64,000 bases of DNA from Adineta vaga (taxonomy: Eukaryota; Animalia; Rotifera): the NCBI GenBank assembly GCA_021613535.1, contig CP075497.1, positions 10,788,001-10,852,000 on the forward strand, read 5' to 3'. Positions 53,081-64,000 of the stretch are shown piece by piece (positions within the stretch are counted from its first letter, which is position 1; each line of letters begins with the position of its first letter). A program made the position numbers and the translations under genes. Under the pieces are notes generated by a model, which was not told the origin of the DNA, made no database searches, and worked only from the letters and a program-made list of their open reading frames with translations.

Positions 53081-54306
53081 ATGACTTCGATTAGTAATTT
53101 GTAAGTTCATTTCTTAACTATGATGTTTTAATGAGTCATTATTTTCTTATTGAAGGTTTATCTTTATCTGTTTATTGATTACTTTTATTTGTCAACCATC
53201 ATTTTCTCAGGCACCATGCCCAATTGAAGAAGATCCCATACAATTAGCTGAATGTGCTCAACTTGATGTACAAGCAATTATACAAGGAGCTCGGGGAAAT
53301 TTGAAATTATTTTGTAATCTAGCTGAACGATATATGGAATGTTTTAAAACGAAAACAAGAAATTGTATCGGTGGATGGGTAAACTAAGTGTTATTTTTAT
53401 ACGAGCAGTAAATTAAGATTATAGTTTTGATTTAGGCAGCAGAAGGTGGTTTGACTGAATTACAAAATCTAGCTCAATGGTGTTGTGTCAATCCAGGTGT
53501 TCAAGAACCTGACGAATGTCCACTTCGTCGTAAGTATAATAAAAGAAATTTTCATCATTCATTTCATTTTGTATTCAAAGGAAATCCAAAATGTTTTTCA
53601 AGTAATGATTATGTATCGATGGCAAATGGTGACAAAAAAGTTTTACATGATCTTCAACCAGGTGATCGTGTTCTAGCGATGAATTCAGAACAACAAATTG
53701 TGGAAGATGAAGTTATTATGATACTTGATAGTCAACCAAAACGACCTGGTAGAAATTTATACATTTTAGTTCTTGTTTTATTTTATCTTCTTCTTTCAGC
53801 TCTGTTTTATTCGATCGAAACTATCACTGGCCATCGAATTAGTTTAACAGGAAGTCATTTTATTGCTGTTGAACATAACGATCGTTTTATTGCAGCAAAT
53901 AAGATTCAACCCAATGATATTGTTTTTATTCATCAAAATGGGCAACTTCAACAAATTACTGTTCGAAATATTACTGAAGAATACAAAGTCGGATATGTTA
54001 CACCAATGACTGGTCACGGTAATTGATAATATCTTTTGGTTTATACTATATTCATCTATTTGTCTATAAATAGGTACATTGATTGTAAATGGTATGGCTG
54101 CATCGTGTTATTCTAGTGTAATTAGTCATGATTTAGCGCATTACATCTTAGCACCACTTCGTTGGTGGTATCATTTAGCGAAATTTTTCTCAGTTGAACA
54201 ACCATTTGAATACTCATCTGATAATGGCATTCATTGGATACCTAAAGTAATGTTACAACTTACAGAAAAATACCTACCAAATGTTTTAACAACACACAGT
54301 TTGTAA
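53081..54306 (+). CDS. Secreted Hedgehog-related Hog-domain (Hint + sterol-recognition region) protein with an unrecognised 8-Cys N-terminal domain; 6 exons
   Basis: Signal peptide MTSISNLFIFICLLITFICQPSFS; K|CFSSNDYV..LQPGDRVLA..VIMILD..ISLTGSHFI..GYVTPMTGHGTLIVNGMAASCYS; SRR-like HDLAHYILAPLRW..GIHW. Confidence 0.88.
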
Positions 54307-55510
54307 TAAACTATCAATAAGAAATGTTCTGAAAGAGACATACATGTCCTTTTCTTTTCTTTCTTTCGTATCAGTACTCAGGTTTATTAAATTTTTTTGA
54401 CTGAACAGGTGTGCTTCTCATTTTATTCTTACCTATTCAAACTTTTTCATACTTATCTCTTTTTTTTAATACATAGACTTTTGAATAAATTAGATTATTG
54501 TTTGATGCTTTAACTATTTTGTCTTTATTGTGAAATAGAATTTACTTATTATGGCAACATTATCTTCTTAGAAAAATATTTGTTTTGAAGAAAGAAAAGC
54601 TTTCTTCCGTTTGAATATTGTACTATTTGACTTTTTCATATTGATTGACTTTTATTATTTGCTTAAATCATTTCGTATGTGTACAACTCATGTCTACATC
54701 TTGAACAACTAACAAATATGCATAATTGAATTTCTTTTCGTTAACTAGAATTATATTCAACTCGATCGATATTCACCAGACAGATTCTCGTCTCCAACCA
54801 GAGATAAGATTACTTGCTGAAAATTTGGATTGTGTGACAATACTGAAGATATTTGAGAAAAATGTATTGTTTCGTGAAATCATACAAGTATCAAGAATCG
54901 ATGAATTCTATTCTGAGATTATACAAATAATCACTTGACTTGGCATGTAACTGAGTTGCCATCAGTGATAGATCGATCGAATCCTCTATCTATGATTAAT
55001 CTTCGTTAAACAATCGAATATTTATCTTTCATACATCAAACTATACCTTACATATGTATTCGTATTTTCATTACTAACTCCAATATAACCGTTGCAAAAT
55101 CATACTATAAACATATGCCTCCAAATCTATGATTAATCAATAAGAAAAAATATATTATGAATTTTTTATATTCCATTATTGTATAGTGGCATATCGATTG
55201 ATTGATTTCTCTTCAAAGATTTCTATGATGGACTTGTATGCAAAAAAACATGAAGTAAAGCTTTGTTTCAGATACCAAAGAAAATCAATAGAGATTTACA
55301 TATGATGTCTTTCTTTGTATCATATGAGTGAAAATAAATACTCCCATGAAAAAAACTTTATTTTTTCCTATGTTTATTATTCTGAAATAAAAAAAAAGAA
55401 CAAGAATAAAGTTAAAGGTTTCATATTTTCTAATTAAAGTACATATATTCGTAAAAGAACTTCATGTTCTATTTGATTTCATTTTAGTTCCGTTCACAAT
55501 CACGTCCAAC

Positions 55511-57553
55511 ATGTCGAGAAATAGCTTTGTAAATGACAGTGCCGATGAAGTACGAGTCGAATCAGTTATTTTAAATAAATTAATTGATGATCCTCAAATG
55601 AAAGAAATTGTTGTGATGGAAGTAAGATTGAACTTTTTCTCGTTTTATTCTCTTTGATTTTCGTTGCAAATTTTAGTATGAACAATTAACTTCATCACAA
55701 GTATTAAATCGTTTGAAATTATTGGCTAAAAAACAGGGAAATTGTTTGATGCCTAATTGGCTTTTACTCATACTCTGCAATTTACTTCTCGTTTTCTTAT
55801 TTGGTTTGATGGCTGCAGCAATTATGCTTGCGAAAGATCCTCCTGGTACAATCTCAATTTAAACTAGAAAACCATGTATTTCGATTTATTTTAGGTCAAA
55901 ATAAAGCAATCACTGCTGCACCTTTAAAAACCAATCTTGGTTACAATGAATCATGTTATATATTTGATTCTTCATGTAATCAAACATTGAATCTCTGGTG
56001 TATTAATGGACGTTGTCAATGTTATAATCAATTATATTATTGGAATGGAATGAAATGTGTTCTTTGTCCAAATACATTTTATTATAATGGAACATCTTGT
56101 GTTTGTCCACCGAATCGATATTTGCTGGGACCAGCAAATACTATGTGTGGTAAAGATTTCTATCATCATTTGAAAGACATGTTATGAGAATCGTTTTTAG
56201 CATTGTATAAAACGTATACTGAATCATGTTCAAATTATGTTTTATGCGATCCAACATCTGGTCTTTATTGTGATAATTTGAAATGTAATTGTACATATGA
56301 TTATTACTGGAATTCAAGTGGTTCTTGCAGTATGAATTAATAATTCAACCTATTTCTTTTTTTCTATTTTGTTTGTTTGTTCTTAGTGAAGTATTCATCA
56401 AATACAGAAAAATGTAATACGGCAGTTGATTGCCTTCCGAGTAATGCAGTTGGATATGCCACTTCATTAACATGTATCAATGGAACATGTCAATGTCCAA
56501 CAGTTGGCAAATGGTATTGGATAGGTGACATGTGCGGTAAATTTTATTCTCTCATACTATACAAAAGTTTGAATACAATATTTATATTTATTTAGCTCAA
56601 ATGAAAACATTTAATGGATCATGTATTGTTGATCAACAATGTGATGGTACTTTACAACTAATATGTAATAATAGTATTTGTATTTGTTCGGGTTGGACAC
56701 CTTATGGAACTTGGTTTTGGAATGGAACACAATGCGGTATGTTATTCATTGTTTTTTATTTGCAATAATATGTAACTAGACTAATAATATTTTAGTTCTA
56801 TGTCCACCTGATTGGCTTAATTATGGTATATATTGTTATTATAATTCTCAACTACCTGCAACATCACCTATAGCACGGCAATATTGTCAAAAATATGGAG
56901 GTGATCTTTTGTATATTGAATCTCAAGCAGAATTTGATTTTATTGAACCACGTGCTGCTGATATCATTGGTGACTATAAATTAGCTCATGTTGGTTACCG
57001 TACTCTCAGTAACACAAGTATGATTGTTCTAAAATTTTAGTTTTTTTATATCAATTATTTATTAATTATAGCGCCAGGGCTTTTTGAATGGTATCATGGT
57101 GCACAATTTACTGGTTCGCCTTCCAGTAATAAATGGTGGTGTACATCGAGTTCTCGTAAGTAATTATAATCATATCTGATTACGCGAATCTGAACGAGAT
57201 TACGTACGTAAAATATTGAGTTATTTCTCGATGTTATAAGATAAGACAGTATCGTACGTGATCGTCTTAAATCGAGAGTAATTAAGACAAATTTAGGATC
57301 ATTAGTTCATGTTTAAATTTTACGTTAAAAACTCTTATTTTAGCGTATGGCTTACAACCAACCTTTTCCTATCGAGCAGCAGCAACACCACAAGTACAAG
57401 CGTGTGGTGCTGTGCAACTTTATAGTACTTCAAGTGTATGTATGAATGATTGGTGGTGTTCTGCCTCACTGCCATTTATATGTAAAAAATGTAAGTCTAG
57501 ATTTTTATTATATGAACTCTATGTTGATACGTTCTTTCTATTTAGCACAATAA
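55511..57553 (+). CDS. Type II membrane protein with Cys-rich EGF/EB-like repeats and C-terminal C-type lectin domain; multi-exon
   Basis: N-terminal cytosolic part, TM (WLLLILCNLLLVFLFGLMAAAIML), repeats C..L.C.NG.CQC...YWNG..C, then CPPDWLNYGIYCYY..ARQYCQKYGGDLLYIESQAEFDFI..CMNDWWCSASLPFICKK. Confidence 0.8.
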
Positions 57554-57757
57554 AAACGAACATTATAATGAACTAAGATTTTCTCTATACATATTTTTGG
57601 TTTTTATACTTTTTTTTCTCTTAAATATTTTTGTAAATCAAAAATACTATCAAAAATTCGAAATTGTGTATTTTCACGATGTTCTAATAAAAAAATAAAT
57701 CGATTTGTTATAAAATTCTCGAATTATAATAAAATAAGTGTTTCTCATGCGCTGATT

Positions 57758-58642
57758 TTATGCAAATATATGATCTTGCTGCGATGTCCATTGATTAGAT
57801 AATTTACTTGCTGTATCATGAATCTTTTGACTATGTTCATTTTTACATTTGTGTTTACATGACTCTGCCGGAATGCCCCATCGAGCTCCAGCAAGAATAC
57901 CAACGATAGGTGCACAATAATAATTCTCTTTAGTTTGAACAGATTCAATAGCATTCATTGGATTTGTTGCATTTGTAACATAGTAGAGTGCAGCATTGAG
58001 TACAGTTGGTGCGTAAGCCGGATGAGTCTTTTCAAATGGTTGCGGAGAACGAGAATATCTTGTTTGTATTTTAGATATGTCAGGTTCAAGACGAGGTAAA
58101 TAAAATGCTGATTGAACAGCATCATGCCATGATTTATTTCTCGATAAAGATCGACAAATATGATTTATAATACCAGCAACTTGTCCCGCTAATGGATGAT
58201 GATGTGTAAGTGCTGCTTCTTCTTTTGATACATCAAACAAATCATCATCACTGATCAAAGGATAGAATGCAAGTGGAAATGAACGTTGTGCTGGTCCACA
58301 TCCAGCTGTATAACCATTAAGTTTGTCGTGAGTAGTCTTTACTGATTCATGAATCATTGATTGATCAAAAAGGAAATCGTCATGTGAAGTTATTGATCGA
58401 CTACTTTCACTCTGTCTTTTATTCAAAGCTATTGTGTATAAAAATTTTGTTGTTTCACCAACTTCACATCGTTGCGTATGATATAAATATAGAAATCTCG
58501 AGAGAATATCAGGTCCATTGAATTTCCTGCAAGTAAGGAGACTTTCACTTATATCCATAGCCATTGAAATAGATGGATCATAATTTGATGCAATTGCATG
58601 ACCGAGAAAAGCTCCTTCACATCGAGTAGGAATGTTGATCAT
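57758..58642 (-). CDS. ADP-ribosylglycohydrolase (ARH/DraG) fold protein with degenerate active site; intronless
   Basis: RCEGAFLGHAI, MAMDISESL, AGCGPAQRSFPL, AALTHHHP, IVGILAGARWG follow the ARH motif order. The likely ATG is at 58642, not the TTG start in the ORF track. Confidence 0.7.
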   Translation of the reverse strand: MINIPTRCEGAFLGHAIASNYDPSISMAMDISESLLTCRKFNGPDILSRFLYLYHTQRCEVGETTKFLYTIALNKRQSESSRSITSHDDFLFDQSMIHESVKTTHDKLNGYTAGCGPAQRSFPLAFYPLISDDDLFDVSKEEAALTHHHPLAGQVAGIINHICRSLSRNKSWHDAVQSAFYLPRLEPDISKIQTRYSRSPQPFEKTHPAYAPTVLNAALYYVTNATNPMNAIESVQTKENYYCAPIVGILAGARWGIPAESCKHKCKNEHSQKIHDTASKLSNQWTSQQDHIFA

Positions 58643-59175
58643 GATTTCGGCGAATTTAAACGTGAAGTAAATCTTTAGATGATGAAGAATCCAGACGACG
58701 ACGGGAAAGTAAATAAGAACAAGAAATAAATAAACTGATGTCAACTTCTTTTTTCTTTTTCAAAGAAAAGGAAAATTATAAGTGTTTTTGCATGACGACA
58801 TGACAAAATAAAACATCATTGGTTTAAAATTTATGCATAGAGGAAACATTTTTCTATGATGTATACATTTTGTGTAAGAAAAACAATACTATACTATAGA
58901 AGATTCAATTCAGACGTATATTGTGAGTAATAGTTACTGAAACTGAATAGAGAACTGCTTTTTGAGATTTTATACGATCTTAAGATATTTGTAAATGCAT
59001 TAGACATTGAAGTATATATATTGAATTATTAAATGTTTAAAGAAGATTATTATATTTAATAAAAAAAATGAATACGAAAAAGAAGAAGAATTAGTATTCT
59101 ACATTGTGAAGTACTACTTTGATACAAAATCCAAGAATAGTATATGAATGTTCATTTTTTTGTATACCGTTTATA

Positions 59176-60144
59176 TTATTGAAGCAGTAAGAAAGTAAAA
59201 ATCATGTAAAAAATACCAAGTGGATATAATCTTGCCGAATTTGGTCCTGAATTTGCTGTTGTTGTTGGTGGATTCGTTGAACTCGAGCTTGAACTTGAGC
59301 CTGTTGAAAAGGTAGTAGTAGTAGTAACTCTAGATGGTCGAAAATCAGAATGTAGATTGATTGTTGTTTGAACTTGTCCTTTTAAAAATTCCACTACTTG
59401 AATTGAATTACAATAATCTTTAGTACATCTAATATCCACTTCATCGATTTCTAATTGTTTTTCTACTGGAAAATCAATATAATATGTTGCACGAATTCGA
59501 ACACTGGGTGATTGAACAGGATCAGTAAATGATTCACAAAGACTATAAAAATGAAATGTGCAATTATTCGCTGCCGTTGTCACATAATTATGTATTTCAT
59601 CAATATAACATATACCATTCGGACATGAGACTTGTTTACATAAAATTGCAGTTAATTCATTGATACATTTACTGCATGAATAACAAGCTTTAGCTGGTAA
59701 TTGTCCATCAAGTAATTCATTGCTCAAGATCGTTTGATTAATATTTATTTGAAATGATTCTGGCAAATAGTTTGCAAGAGAAACATTATTACAACCATCC
59801 CAATCACAACCATAACCAATGGAACTGATTGCTGTTGGAAGCCATACTGTACTTGATAGAGAAATTGTTTCGACTGCTTGAATAAAATGTGAATCTTGCA
59901 GATTATTTGATGTAATCGCTTCAAAGATACGGTTTTCGTAATTATCGTTATAACTACTGATCATAAAACAGTATCGATCACCAACTTCATTCAAAGGACA
60001 ATTTGCGGAGAAATCTGGTGATGAACAAGTACCCGTATTTGTTTCCCAATCATATTCACAACCACATTCATAGCATTTTCGACTATCCACTGGCCAAATT
60101 AGTAACACTAAAATAATGCAGAGCACACCCATAATTCTCTTCAT
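59176..60144 (-). CDS. Predicted GPI-anchored protein with two Ly6/uPAR-like (three-finger) Cys-rich domains; intronless
   Basis: Signal peptide; RKCYEC...GCDWDGCN and KACYSC...RCTKDYCN; Ser/Thr stalk; NSA omega-like site followed by a hydrophobic C-terminal tail. Confidence 0.72.
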   Translation of the reverse strand: MKRIMGVLCIILVLLIWPVDSRKCYECGCEYDWETNTGTCSSPDFSANCPLNEVGDRYCFMISSYNDNYENRIFEAITSNNLQDSHFIQAVETISLSSTVWLPTAISSIGYGCDWDGCNNVSLANYLPESFQININQTILSNELLDGQLPAKACYSCSKCINELTAILCKQVSCPNGICYIDEIHNYVTTAANNCTFHFYSLCESFTDPVQSPSVRIRATYYIDFPVEKQLEIDEVDIRCTKDYCNSIQVVEFLKGQVQTTINLHSDFRPSRVTTTTTFSTGSSSSSSSTNPPTTTANSGPNSARLYPLGIFYMIFTFLLLQ

Positions 60145-60495
60145 GTTTCTAATAAGTTTATCTCAACAACAAATTCTTTTATTTCATTATTTTATATACA
60201 AGTTACAATCATGATAATCTCATAAATAGTCATAAATAATCTTTTCAATGTATAAGTGTTATAAAATGATAATAAATTGATCGAAGTACTTGGCCAACAT
60301 AGTAACACTATGTTTTATATTCTCTAACAATCATTCATTTCGTTTGGAAAGTATTCAGAACAGATATGTGTACCTTGATATACTTTTTGATTCATTTTTT
60401 TCTCTAATTCAAAGTTCAATTTAGCTTATACGTCGTTTTTTATTTTATGCTTGATGTATAAGAGCACAATCGATTATTATGATTTGGATGGAGGC

Positions 60496-60508
60496 GTTGC
60501 CATGTAAC
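60496..60508. promoter_or_regulatory. RFX X-box-like motif upstream of TTLL3
   Basis: GTTGCCATGTAAC versus consensus GTTGCCATGGCAAC; lies 5' of a ciliary gene. Confidence 0.45.
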
Positions 60509-61850
60509 GTTACTTGTTGTGAAACTGAAATATTTTCTCTTCTTTCTCGTCTTCTTTTGTTTGTTACAGATTCCTTTTTTTATATATATATATATATTAT
60601 TTACTGAGAAAAAAAGAAAGTGAAATCAACGAACGTCTCATACGCATTTTGCACATATTCTCGTAGATTACATCTGAAAAATCTACAAATCGAATGAGAA
60701 CAACAAGAGAAAAGAAGATGAAGAATTTTGCAAGAAAAATTTCATTATTCAGGAGAATAACTTGCTAAATAAACAAAAAACATACCTAAATGCTTGTTGA
60801 TGCTGTCAAAATAAATTGTTTTTTTCTCCTGCTAGGCAATCTAAAATAAAGTCAGTTCGAGAAAAATACTTCGTAGCTCTCACAATTAGCCATGAGTCAA
60901 AGATGAAATTCACGTTTGAATCGAAAACAAAATCATCAGATAACTTCACATTTTTGCACCGATAACAGATCGAATAGAAAGGCACTTGATAGTATTCATG
61001 TCACTTAGGATTGATTACCTTAAAACTATATAATCCTAACTACAAGTATGCACAAGAGATAACTCTTGTAACTATCGAAACATTCGTGCCAAATGAAATT
61101 AGAGTTACTACAACATCATTATCACATTGAAAACTTAGATTTTAATATATCGTTCTTATTGTATTACCACCTAATGAAACTTTTTCAAAAGCACATTCAT
61201 TTTTTTTATAATGTAGACCATTACGAATTTAATTAGTAAGAAACCTGTTAAAGTCAATCTACTAAAATAGTTAGAACCTATTTATGTTCATCATTATTGC
61301 TCGTTTATATATATATATATATGTGTGTGTGTATGACAACATACTTTCTCTTTTTTTTCCTCTTCACTTCAAAGTATGAGATGAAACATTAATAATTTCT
61401 CTTTCTTTTTTTCTTCTTCTTCTTTTTTTTCTTCTATGCATGTCTGTTGCTTTAAAAAATAGAATGTTTTTTGCTTTGTTTGCTTGTCTTCATGTCTTCT
61501 ATACAATGATTATAGACATAAACGTCGTTCCGGTAAGATAAGAAAGAAAAAAAACGATTTGAATTTCACCGGAAACTGTTATTGTCATTTTTATGTACTC
61601 TTACAGTTTTCCTTAACATGCAATATGTATATGTATGTATGTCGATTGACATCGATCGAAAAAATAACAAATACTTTGAAAATTTATTCGCAATAGGAAC
61701 AACTTTATTTTTCTTTTCTTTTCAGAAGCCCATTAGTTTAATGTGCATCTGTTACAATTGACTTGTGCATATTGGCCGTATTTAATTGGAATCTATCTGA
61801 AACATCTCTATATATTTATATCCTTTTGATCGTGAAAAGATCTTGATTAA

Positions 61851-64000
61851 ATGTCACCATCGAATCGTTCAAAATCACCACCTAAAAATACACGACCGGC
61901 AGATCCATCACCAAAGCGTTCAGTCCCCAATGAAACAATCAATACCGAAAGATTGAAAATGGCCCGAGATGAAGCTGAACGTGCAATGAGAGTATGTCGA
62001 ACGAGTTATTGATAATAATTTATTCTCGATTGTTTTCAGGAACATAAAATCTTTACAATTATTGGTCCATATCCTGCGCTTCGAGAATCATTACGACGGT
62101 TAGTTTAAGAATCGATAAAATCATTTAAATATCAACATACTTTGTATAGTCGTGGTTGGATTGAAAAATTCTATCGTGGTAATTCATTACCGACTGTTAA
62201 TGGAAATAAAAAATCGGATAAGAAAAATAAGAATGATGAAGATGATGAAGATGAAAATGATGATGTGAATGATGATGATGATCTAGGTAAAGAAATAAAT
62301 GACGAAAGGAAAATCTCAATAATTATGTACATTCTTCATTAGATGAACACCCATCCTATGAAGATGATACATCAATTCCACCATGGGAAGAAAATGATGG
62401 TTATTATGGACTTCTTTCACGTCTTGTAAGAACAGCAGCACCAAATTTTATTTGGAGTGTTCGAGCTACCTATGATACGAGTACATTGAATAAAGATCAA
62501 ATGGTTAATCATTATTCAAGAAATGGTTGTTTTACAACGAAGGTTTATTGAATATAGCACTCAAAAATATATTGATAGTGTTTCTATTTTTCAGGTTGGT
62601 CTCTGTAATAGTCTACGTAATCTTCAATGGTTTCATCCAGGTTGTGCGGAAGAGTTCTTTCCTCGATGTTATAAATTATCACATGAAGATGATAAAGTTG
62701 CCTTTATAAGTAAGTTTTCTTTCAATTGAATTGTCAACCAAAATGTTCTTTTTTTCTCCTCTAAAGATGATTATCGTTTGACAGCATGTGTTAGTTTTCT
62801 TAAACTGATTCAAAATCGATGTAAAGGTGTTGCTGAACCTGATATGACTTCCATATTAGCTATGAGCTCAGATGGTCCAACTGATCCAAAAATTCCCATA
62901 CCAACGAATGAAGAAGAAGGACAATTAACACGATCAGTTACTTTACCTCCCGGTCAATTAATATCCAAACCACTCAATGGAAAAAATGCATCAAAACTTG
63001 TGCCTTTATCTTATATTGAATTTGCTTTAAAGACAGTGAATGATTATACATTATCACGTGAACATGAAGATATTGATATCAATCAAACTTCGCAAGTGGA
63101 TACAACAGATGAACAATGGTCACATTTCATTGAACAATTCTATGTTGCTTCTCAGTAAGATTTACGGAAGAAAATGATTCACTTTTTTCTGCTCTTCTCT
63201 CTCTCTCTCTTTTAGTTCGAATGGTGATATTGAAAAAATGGAAAATTATTTAAGTCGAATCGATGAAGCTTTAAATAATGTTGAACAACATTGGGCACAA
63301 TATCATATTGATGGAACACGAAATATTTGGATTCTTAAACCTGGTGCTAAATCAAGAGGACGAGGTTAGTTTTACATTAGTCAAATCGTTTGTTTCTCAT
63401 TATTTTCTTTCACAAGGAATTGTTGTTTATGATCGTTTGGAAGATATATTAAAATTATGCTCATCTACATTAACAAAAGATGGTAAATTCGTTGTACAAA
63501 AATATATTGAACGACCACTATTGATTCATAATATTAAATTTGATATTCGTCAATGGTTTTTAGTTACAGACTGGAATCCATTGACTATTTGGATGTGGAA
63601 AGATTGTTATTTACGTTTTTGTACTGAACATTTCAGTTTAGAAACACGTCAACAAAATGTACATTTATGTAATTATTCAATACAAAAGAATTATAAAAAT
63701 AATTCCAATCGTCATAATGATCTTCCAGGTAAATATCAAATGACTTTCTCTATCTATGAAATTTGATCTTTTTTTTGCATTGATCAGCGGAAAATATGTG
63801 GACAAATGCGGAATTTATTGACAAATATCTTCGACCAAATAATCTAATTGATCGTTGGGAGAAGCTCATTTATCCAGCAATGAAAAATGCGATTGTTTGT
63901 TCAATGCTTGTTGCACAAGATACAATAGATCCAAGAAAAGTAGATGTTTTGTTTGTTTTTTTGGAAAAGAAAATCATATTTTGTTTTGTGATTTGGAATA
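61851..64000 (+). CDS. TTLL3: Tubulin monoglycylase TTLL3/TTLL8-like (3' end truncated by the window)
   Basis: [104 protein letters not shown]. Confidence 0.92.

Noticed and set aside
53592-54115. Intein (protein-splicing element)
   Set aside because: It ends in ASCY followed by an SRR-like tail instead of His-Asn plus a C-extein nucleophile, and has no endonuclease. It is a Hog-type Hint.
53081-54306. True hedgehog orthologue
   Set aside because: There is no Hedge domain (no CGPGR start or conserved HhN motifs).
1-64000. CRISPR arrays, tRNA/rRNA genes, intact transposons, telomeric arrays
   Set aside because: None were seen by eye: no RT, integrase or DDE motifs in the ORF track and no regular repeat-spacer pattern. 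A tRNAscan/Infernal run would be needed to exclude small RNAs.

Overview
AT-rich, gene-dense eukaryotic (metazoan) DNA with many very short GT-AG introns, mostly about 50-65 nt. This style, plus intronless foreign-looking genes, is most consistent with a bdelloid rotifer (inference). Manual splicing gives about 21 protein-coding genes and 1 pseudogene, in order: MRGBP/Eaf7-like, OCIAD, a miniature dystroglycan-like gene, an ATG5 pseudogene, a PhnZ-like HD-domain oxygenase (HGT candidate), KLHL8-like, an ABCA transporter, a FLYWCH/MULE-derived factor, a CNG channel with an aberrant pore, a mini RBFOX-like RRM, a KH protein, a CRAL-TRIO protein, calreticulin, LRRC56, hnRNP A/B/D-like, a half-NCS EF-hand protein, Cdc25, a secreted Hog (Hint+SRR) protein with a non-Hedge N-domain, a type II Cys-rich/C-type lectin, a degenerate ADP-ribosylglycohydrolase, a GPI-type double Ly6/uPAR protein and TTLL3/8 (truncated by the window end). 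Top leads are (1) the Hedgehog-like autoprocessing protein, predicted to release an unrecognised 8-Cys, possibly sterol-modified domain, and (2) the intact phosphonate C-P-cleaving PhnZ-like enzyme in an animal. I saw no tRNA, rRNA, CRISPR array or intact transposon. All family calls come from remembered motifs; no database search was run.
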